This document shows positions 58,270 through 64,000 of a stretch of 64,000 nt of DNA, in pieces. Numbering within the stretch: position 1 is the stretch's first letter; the number at the start of each line of letters is the position of its first letter. Below the pieces are notes generated by a model. It was not told the DNA's origin. It did no database searches and saw only the letters and a program-made list of their open reading frames with translations. The translations under genes were made by a program, and so were the position numbers. The stretch is taken from IMG/VR virus record IMGVR_UViG_3300042511_000879, positions 62,001-126,000 of that record. One strand, given 5' to 3'.

Positions 58270-58340
58270 TTTAACAAACTTTTAACATTTAAAAGTTTCC
58301 GGTTTCCACAATATTGATTATATTTACATATCTAATTAAA
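58270..58340 (+). promoter_or_regulatory. Class-1 promoter
   Basis: TTAACA repeats, TTTC(58296-58299)-N19-TATATTTA(58319-58326). Confidence 0.85.
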
Positions 58341-58350
58341 ACACCACATT

Positions 58351-59460
58351 ATGAACAGACAATCTTACTTAATCCGCACACAACCTAACGAATTCATCGT
58401 TTTAGTAAACACGAAAAACCCAATTGACACCCTCTTAATCGAGCCTGGTCATTCAAAATATACTTGGGTCCAAAACCAAGACGCTAACCGTATTATCAAC
58501 ATCACCGAAACTGGTAGATGGACAAGTAATAAGGACTATAATAACGATTACGGAACCTCAACATCTAAACAACCTCAATCGGTTAACCCTTGTGCCCCTG
58601 TTGAGGTTACACTTACCAAATTAGACGACTTAAATATCGATGATTCCCTATTTACCAGCCTTCCAACTGGAACTATCTTTGACCAGTTTTGTTCAACTGA
58701 AGGTGGATTCTTACCTGGAACTAATATAATGGCTGCTGGAGCTCCTGGTGTCGGTAAAACAACAGTGCTATTAGAACTTCTATCTAAGCTATCTGCTCAA
58801 GGTAAACGGGTCTTATTTATATCTGCCGAAATGAACCAGATAGATATGGCACGTTACCTTAAAAGATTCCCACACTGGGGACAATTACCTATCCTTTTCC
58901 TATCTGACTACACTGAGTCTTGTCCAAAAGGAGTAATTGAAGGTGTACTTAACCAAGGATGGGACGTTGTCTTAACCGATTCATATACCGAAGTTAACGA
59001 TACCATCAAGGAGGAATGTAACATGACCAGAGGTAAAACCGAAAAATGGTTCCTAGACCTAATGACTCAGCATAATAAAGGTGGTAACAAGACGAAAACA
59101 TATACAACCTTCGTAACTATCCTGCAATTATCTAAAGGTGGTAATTTCGTTGGTTCTAATAAACTGAAACACATGACAACTGCGATGATGATGTTGGACT
59201 GGGACGGAAACGAAAACTCAGGTAGAAGGTTCATGGAGTTCTCTAAAAACAGAACAGGTCAAGTCGGTAAAAAACTATATTTCGAATTATCAGATGGTGT
59301 TTCCTTCGACGAAGGCCGATATACAAGAGACCTATTTAACGACGAGGTCCTAGCTGAGGAAAGAAAAGCCCTAACAGGAGAAAGTAATGCCTTCGACAAA
59401 CTATTCGGTTTCGACAAGGATGCCGTACCTGAGGAATTAAAAACCCTGGTAGAACTATAA
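58351..59460 (+). CDS. RadA/Sms-like RecA-fold ATPase without Zn finger or Lon-like domain
   Basis: GGFLPG...GAPGVGKTT, VLFISAEM, LTDS, GSNKLKHMTTAMM and KNRTG (compare RadA KNRFG). Confidence 0.75.
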   Translation: MNRQSYLIRTQPNEFIVLVNTKNPIDTLLIEPGHSKYTWVQNQDANRIINITETGRWTSNKDYNNDYGTSTSKQPQSVNPCAPVEVTLTKLDDLNIDDSLFTSLPTGTIFDQFCSTEGGFLPGTNIMAAGAPGVGKTTVLLELLSKLSAQGKRVLFISAEMNQIDMARYLKRFPHWGQLPILFLSDYTESCPKGVIEGVLNQGWDVVLTDSYTEVNDTIKEECNMTRGKTEKWFLDLMTQHNKGGNKTKTYTTFVTILQLSKGGNFVGSNKLKHMTTAMMMLDWDGNENSGRRFMEFSKNRTGQVGKKLYFELSDGVSFDEGRYTRDLFNDEVLAEERKALTGESNAFDKLFGFDKDAVPEELKTLVEL

Positions 59461-60120
59461 CAAATATACGGCTGGCAGCCGAAACTGCCTTAATTAGATA
59501 GAGATTTCCGGGAGTGTGGTGTTCCCGGAATTCTTGTATTCCGAGGCTGGCAGTTTCAAAATACCCGCTGGGGCAAGGGACGATTACCAATGGCCGGGCA
59601 AGGCAGAATTGTTTCACCCGCTGCGGCACTAGGAACTGGTAGAAATCTGGTGCTGGGCATGGTTTCGGTTGGTTTTTGTGGTGCCCAGGAGTGTGGAGAG
59701 GGTCCGGAGTGTCTCGGAGGGTGACCCAACTCGACGAGAGGTTTAAGGCCCAATGAGGAACATTGAGGAACATGAAGGGGCCCTTAGAGGAACATTGAGG
59801 TGACATTGCGAGCTTGGAGTGCCTGCTATATATCATTTTAATAAAAAAGGTAGAACTGGGGTACCTGGTTGGCTGGAGATTGAAAGGGGTTAGGGAGGGT
59901 TGGTAGGACCATAAGGGGCTTAGAATCTGGACAGGTATGGGGGTCAGGAGGGGTAGAAGGGTTCTTTATAGGGGGTTTATATCCTTATACTGTTATTCTT
60001 ATATCTGTATATCTATATAGAGGTTTAGATGTCTTAGATGTTTTTGTTTTAGGTTTATTAGATTTATTTCTTTTTTATTGTGGGGGAGGGGTGGATTCCG
60101 GACGTGCCGGACCTAAATAA
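59461..60120. other. Non-coding, GC-richer, hairpin-rich island (right) with G runs and an AT-rich tract
   Basis: Multiple perfect stems in 59469-59730, GAGGAACATTGAGG repeats, G runs at 59886-59975 and 60082-60094, and a T-rich tract at 59976-60080. Confidence 0.7.
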
Positions 60121-60144
60121 AAAAGAGGACCTTTAGGGTCCTCT
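60118..60144 (-). terminator. Intrinsic terminator
   Basis: AGAGGACC/GGTCCTCT stem (60124-60144) followed by a T run on the minus strand, after 60151..60396. Confidence 0.8.
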
Positions 60145-60150
60145 GTGTGG

Positions 60151-60396
60151 TTATTTTTGTATGTCTATAATATCGTATTTGTGGAAACCCTTTTCTATGT
60201 TCCGGATGGCAGCATCGATATCAGTATACTTGCCTTTCCACTGGGTTTCAAAATTACCTTTTACTGTAATTCCTTTAAATCCGTCTGGCGATGCACCTTG
60301 GATTGTTGTAGTGTCAAATGGTTTATCATAGATAATTTCAATTTGGTATTTACTGGATTCATTTAAGAACGCTTCAAAGGGTTTGATATGTTTCAT
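60151..60396 (-). CDS. Small protein with capsid-targeting-like leader
   Basis: MKHIKPFEAFLNE|S. Confidence 0.65.
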   Translation of the reverse strand: MKHIKPFEAFLNESSKYQIEIIYDKPFDTTTIQGASPDGFKGITVKGNFETQWKGKYTDIDAAIRNIEKGFHKYDIIDIQK

Positions 60397-60800
60397 AATT
60401 TTAAGTAGTTTACTTTGAGTTTGGTTTCTCCTAGGGCCCAGGCCTTAGTGAGTCTGTGGTGGCCGTCGTAGATTACAGGTCCTTCTGGGTATTCGATAAC
60501 ATTTATTGTTTTGACTTTACCCTCTCTAAGTATCATCTCTGTAACCTTACTAGATTGTATATTCCTTTGAGTGATATGTATATCCTTTGGGTTAATGGTT
60601 TTAGGTTTGGCCTTGTCCTCGTTCTCCTCCCATGTTTGGACTATTTCGCTCCAGGGACGGTTACTGATTTGGAAGATACCATCTATTCGTTTTGCATCAT
60701 CGAATATAGAACCCTTTGGAAGTCCTTCTACCTTTTCGATAGCGGCTTCCTGTTTTTTGGATTCATTTAGGAATTGTTCGAATAGTTTTACAAGTTTCAT
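60393..60800 (-). CDS. ParB/Srx-fold protein with capsid-targeting-like leader
   Basis: MKLVKLFEQFLNE|S leader; INPKDIHITQ...VIYDGHHRLTKAWALG is a ParB-N signature. Confidence 0.75.
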   Translation of the reverse strand: MKLVKLFEQFLNESKKQEAAIEKVEGLPKGSIFDDAKRIDGIFQISNRPWSEIVQTWEENEDKAKPKTINPKDIHITQRNIQSSKVTEMILREGKVKTINVIEYPEGPVIYDGHHRLTKAWALGETKLKVNYLKL

Positions 60801-60803
60801 AGA

Positions 60804-61388
60804 TTAATAGTATGATGGTTCTCCTCTTGTTGCGAATAATGCGGTGATGTATGGTTTACCATCATTAGTGATAATTGCATATCCTCTATCATGTAACCAA
60901 GTTCTAAATTCATTGGCAGTTGAGTTAAAATAGGATTTTGAACTATTCCCAATCTTAAGATCGATAATCGGTTCTCCATCTTCTAGTTTTCCTGCCTTTC
61001 CGCCTTTAAGTGGAATATGGATTAAGGGTCTATTAGGTGTTGTATTACTCTTTTCTGGAGTTAATTTAACGTCCCAATCAAATGATTTTTGTAGGTCCTT
61101 CATTAGGGCACTGAATACTTTTTGTTTTTCAATGTCTTTAATATCAACTACATCATATCCTGCAGCACGGATTCCGTCTTCAAATTCAGCTCTCATTTCT
61201 GGAGTAAAATCAAGTACCTCTAGGTCTTGGTTCCATGCCCATCTAGAGATGAATTTATCAACATCTTGATTTATTGTTACGTATGGCAATCTATCTGTTT
61301 TATCAGTGGTTGCCTTCTTAATCATTCCTTTGATACTATAACTTTTAGCCTCGTTTACGAATTGTTCGAATAGTTTTATTTTTTTCAT
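60804..61388 (-). CDS. Hypothetical protein with capsid-targeting-like leader
   Basis: MKKIKLFEQFVNE|A. Confidence 0.65.
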   Translation of the reverse strand: MKKIKLFEQFVNEAKSYSIKGMIKKATTDKTDRLPYVTINQDVDKFISRWAWNQDLEVLDFTPEMRAEFEDGIRAAGYDVVDIKDIEKQKVFSALMKDLQKSFDWDVKLTPEKSNTTPNRPLIHIPLKGGKAGKLEDGEPIIDLKIGNSSKSYFNSTANEFRTWLHDRGYAIITNDGKPYITALFATRGEPSYY

Positions 61389-61469
61389 GATGTGGTTTTA
61401 TTTTCTTTTATTTATTTGATTTTTAGGTAGAGTTCTATGATTGAACTGTGTGTTAGGTATATTTGCAAA

Positions 61470-61509
61470 TGACGAGAATCAAGTGTCATATTGTGCTTGA
61501 TTCTCGTCA
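61470..61509. repeat. 14-bp perfect inverted repeat (possible terminator or processing stem)
   Basis: TGACGAGAATCAAG (61470-61483) / CTTGATTCTCGTCA (61496-61509). Confidence 0.85.
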
Positions 61510-61571
61510 CTATTTCTTTTATGTATCTTTGAGGTACATATCCAGTGTCAACATACGCTTTCCATTCCTTA

Positions 61572-62747
61572 TTAGTCATCTAAATTATGGTCTATTGTAG
61601 GGTCTTTGATGGTTCTCTCTACAAAATATAGAGATGATGTTGATACCTGTGCTGGTACAAAATCTGTTGTGATATTTATTGTATTTTTACGGAAGACGAT
61701 GTAAACTAGTCCAGCATGGATTTGGTTTACAGCCTTCTGCATGTCTACTTCTAAGTCTTTTGGATTTCGGACATATTTTAATCGCTTTAATTCTGATAAA
61801 ACGTAGGTTGCTGTTTGGTCAGTTTTTGCTACGTGAAATGTAATGGTATCTCCTGTTATTAGAGCAGGGTCTAATAAGTCGATACTCAATTCGATTGGCT
61901 TTGAATTTGGTCCTCTTAGAATAACATTAGTATATCCTTGTAGACTATTTTCAACTTTAGCGGCTTGTTCGTAGAATGCATTAATGTTTTTGAAATCGGT
62001 TTTATTACATTCACCTGACATAATGGTTCCTTTTCTTCCCATTAGGTAATTTGCTGCTGCCGTCATTTCAGCAGAGAAGTATTTGCTTATATCAAATTTA
62101 GGTTTTCCAGCAGAATATCCTGTTAGTTTATCGATTCTTGATAGCGTATCACTAATCTCTCTCCAAAATTCAAAGTTACTAACTTTTGATTTTACACCAG
62201 CTCTAATCGCTGAATTTCCATTACTATAATCTTTAACTTCAAAAGCATCTTTGTTGTTAATAATAACATCATAGCTCTCTCCACCACCTTGAATTACTGC
62301 ACCTTTAATTAACCATGCAATAAGGGCTTCTCCTTTTCCAAGTCCTGTTGGCTTTTGGTCGAATAATTTACCAAGTACTGAATTTCTGTTTGAATACATC
62401 GAAACGGTTAAGTCCTTTGGTGCAATTGCTGAATATAAATATTTTGCTAGCTCTACTGACTCTTTTGGATTCAGTGATGCAAAATAATTTAGAATGAAAG
62501 TTGTTGGAATTCCATTTGGATAGTTTTTTGCAAACTCTTTATAATCTACAATTTTTCCTTGTGAGTTAATTGCATTAATTAGAGCCATATTTCCATGAAG
62601 AGAACCTGGATTATCTACCTCTCCTTGCATACTATCTGCATTAACCTTTTCATTTAATGTTAAATCAAAAGAATTCACTATTGCAGAATCTATTGATGTG
62701 TTTAATGCCGCTTCAAAACGGGCTTTAAAATCTCCTACTGTACTCAT
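61572..62747 (-). CDS. Hypothetical protein with a possible PD-(D/E)xK nuclease domain
   Basis: GLGKGEALIAWL...SYDV...AFEVK resembles the D...(E)xK catalytic pattern. Confidence 0.45.
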   Translation of the reverse strand: MSTVGDFKARFEAALNTSIDSAIVNSFDLTLNEKVNADSMQGEVDNPGSLHGNMALINAINSQGKIVDYKEFAKNYPNGIPTTFILNYFASLNPKESVELAKYLYSAIAPKDLTVSMYSNRNSVLGKLFDQKPTGLGKGEALIAWLIKGAVIQGGGESYDVIINNKDAFEVKDYSNGNSAIRAGVKSKVSNFEFWREISDTLSRIDKLTGYSAGKPKFDISKYFSAEMTAAANYLMGRKGTIMSGECNKTDFKNINAFYEQAAKVENSLQGYTNVILRGPNSKPIELSIDLLDPALITGDTITFHVAKTDQTATYVLSELKRLKYVRNPKDLEVDMQKAVNQIHAGLVYIVFRKNTINITTDFVPAQVSTSSLYFVERTIKDPTIDHNLDD

Positions 62748-62753
62748 AATTTT

Positions 62754-63305
62754 CTAGTGTTTAGCAAGATGTGTCTTGATCGTTGTACCAAGTTCACTCT
62801 CTAGTTGTTTTATTAGTTTTATATTGTTTCTATCGTCGTCGAAGAACGTGATATCCGTGTAACCCTGGTCAATAAACCAGCGCATTGCATCCTGTTTTCT
62901 TTGTTGTATGTTTCCGGTAAGTCCGTGAACTGGGTCATTAACTGCCCAAATTAGTTTTTTATCGATATGGAATCCTAAGTGAAAGCGGAACCATTCATAT
63001 ATCATCGATTGATTATCTCTAGCAGTAATAACTCCAATCGCAACTCCATTCTTGTAGTTTGTTGTAAGTACCTTAAAGTATTTATCGATTAATCGCCCAG
63101 CTTTCATAATCTCTAAGGATCTGAATTGGTCAAAGTTAACCAAGTGGTTTTGACCCTTCTCGTAAGAGTTAAACTCTTCTGGAGTCAGTTCAAAGGATTT
63201 TCCGGTCTTGGTATCAGTGACTACGATTTTAGCGGGTGTAATTGCTATTGTATCATCAATATCAAAAATAAGGATTTTATCAGTAGTATACTTTTCGTTT
63301 AACAT
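62754..63305 (-). CDS. HAD-superfamily phosphatase
   Basis: ILIFDIDDT (motif I), VITAR (motif II) and FFDDD (motif IV). Confidence 0.8.
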   Translation of the reverse strand: MLNEKYTTDKILIFDIDDTIAITPAKIVVTDTKTGKSFELTPEEFNSYEKGQNHLVNFDQFRSLEIMKAGRLIDKYFKVLTTNYKNGVAIGVITARDNQSMIYEWFRFHLGFHIDKKLIWAVNDPVHGLTGNIQQRKQDAMRWFIDQGYTDITFFDDDRNNIKLIKQLESELGTTIKTHLAKH

Positions 63306-63350
63306 GACATTTGATATTATTTAGTATTATATATCAAATTTTAGTAATGT

Positions 63351-63581
63351 TTAAGCTTGCAAATCGATATTTGGCTCTTCTAAAAAGTCTTCATTGATAT
63401 TTTCAGCGTATTCATTGATATTTTCAATGTATACTATATTAAAAAAAGATAATCTTTGTTTTAATTCATTTAGTGAATTAAAATACTCTAGATGCGGCTG
63501 ACCTGTTTCTACTACCTGGCCTTCTAAAAGTTCTCCATAATGAAAAACATCGGTTTCGTTGTGCGCTAAAAAATATCTCAT
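63351..63581 (-). CDS. Hypothetical protein
   Basis: ORF track; overlaps the upstream stop. Confidence 0.55.
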   Translation of the reverse strand: MRYFLAHNETDVFHYGELLEGQVVETGQPHLEYFNSLNELKQRLSFFNIVYIENINEYAENINEDFLEEPNIDLQA

Positions 63582-64000
63582 ATTTGTCCTCCATCTATTA
63601 TTGTCCAGTTATTTGGAGCTGATGTTAATATTGCTCTTTCTGGAGCTGCAGCTGCACTATATTTAGTTGTTCCAAAGCTAATTACTTTATTTGCAAGAAC
63701 TGGTCTAGATGACCAGCCTTCAAGTAAATTATCGTAGTCTGTAGTTGATAATCCTATTCCATCTGCGAAGGTTTCGTTTAATATAGTAGAAGAATTAAAT
63801 GAGGTTACCAATGAAACATTCCAAGAATTAAGATTTTGATTAAAACTAGCAGCGTTATAAAACATAGCAGTCATATCTGTAACTTTAGCAGTATTCCAAT
63901 TTCCAATGTTTTGGTTAAACTGGCTTACAGCGTTTCCTGTCTTATTAAAAAACATATATGACATATTAGTAGCCTCCAAAGTGTCCCATGCATTATATGT
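63578..64000 (-). CDS. DUF285/BspA-like repeat protein (partial, enters from the right edge)
   Basis: WDTLEATNMSYMF, FNQNIGNWNTAKVTDMTAMF and FNQNLNSWNVSLV repeats. The frame is open to the window edge, so the track start at 63979 is not the real start. Confidence 0.85.
   Translation of the reverse strand, partial: TYNAWDTLEATNMSYMFFNKTGNAVSQFNQNIGNWNTAKVTDMTAMFYNAASFNQNLNSWNVSLVTSFNSSTILNETFADGIGLSTTDYDNLLEGWSSRPVLANKVISFGTTKYSAAAAPERAILTSAPNNWTIIDGGQI

Noticed and set aside
59336-59836. ORFs 59336..59836 and 59556..59753 (minus strand)
   Set aside because: Pro/His/Cys-rich products expected from GC-rich non-coding DNA; one overlaps the RadA-like gene antisense and neither has a promoter.
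1-64000. Alternative genetic code, introns or inteins
   Set aside because: Standard-code ORFs tile the window with short gaps and conserved enzymes are full length; no intein motifs or split genes were noticed.

Overview
A 64-kb AT-rich segment of a large T4-like (contractile-tailed) bacteriophage genome. The host is most likely Bacteroidota, based on a Bacteroidota-type bS1 N-terminus, ClpP and PolB-like exonuclease, A-rich starts without Shine-Dalgarno (SD) sites, and a promoter geometry like TTTG-N19-TAnnTTTG. 1-33.5 kb (minus strand) is a virion block: tail-collar/collagen fibres, baseplate wedge (gp6/gp25/gp53-like), neck gp13-like, and gp5/gp27-like spike and hub. An amidoligase and a 4-domain ribosomal protein S1 interrupt it. 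33.5-53.1 kb (minus strand) holds small hypotheticals and metabolic genes: dCMP deaminase, UvsE, RNase HII, PhoH, DnaJ, 3'-5' exonuclease, double GT2 glycosyltransferase, ClpP, a T4 gp42-like dCMP hydroxymethylase, a 2OG-Fe(II) oxygenase and an N-domain-less ClpC. 56.2-59.5 kb is the only plus-strand cassette (DUF932-like, RadA-like). Two GC-richer, repeat- and hairpin-rich non-coding islands bracket it and carry oppositely oriented G-run clusters. 60.1-64 kb returns to the minus strand. Strongest observations: (1) a phage ClpC/ClpP/DnaJ module with four small UVR-motif proteins that may be adaptors; (2) a probable cytosine hypermodification pathway; (3) a family of proteins with a T4-like capsid-targeting/cleavage leader; (4) three promoter classes readable from sequence, including a TTTC-N19-TATATTTA promoter whose -33 box can sit in a terminator loop; (5) candidate structured RNAs or origin/genome-end elements around the plus-strand cassette. 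All protein calls are by motif recognition only; no searches were run. No tRNA, rRNA, CRISPR array, integrase, intron or intein was recognised.
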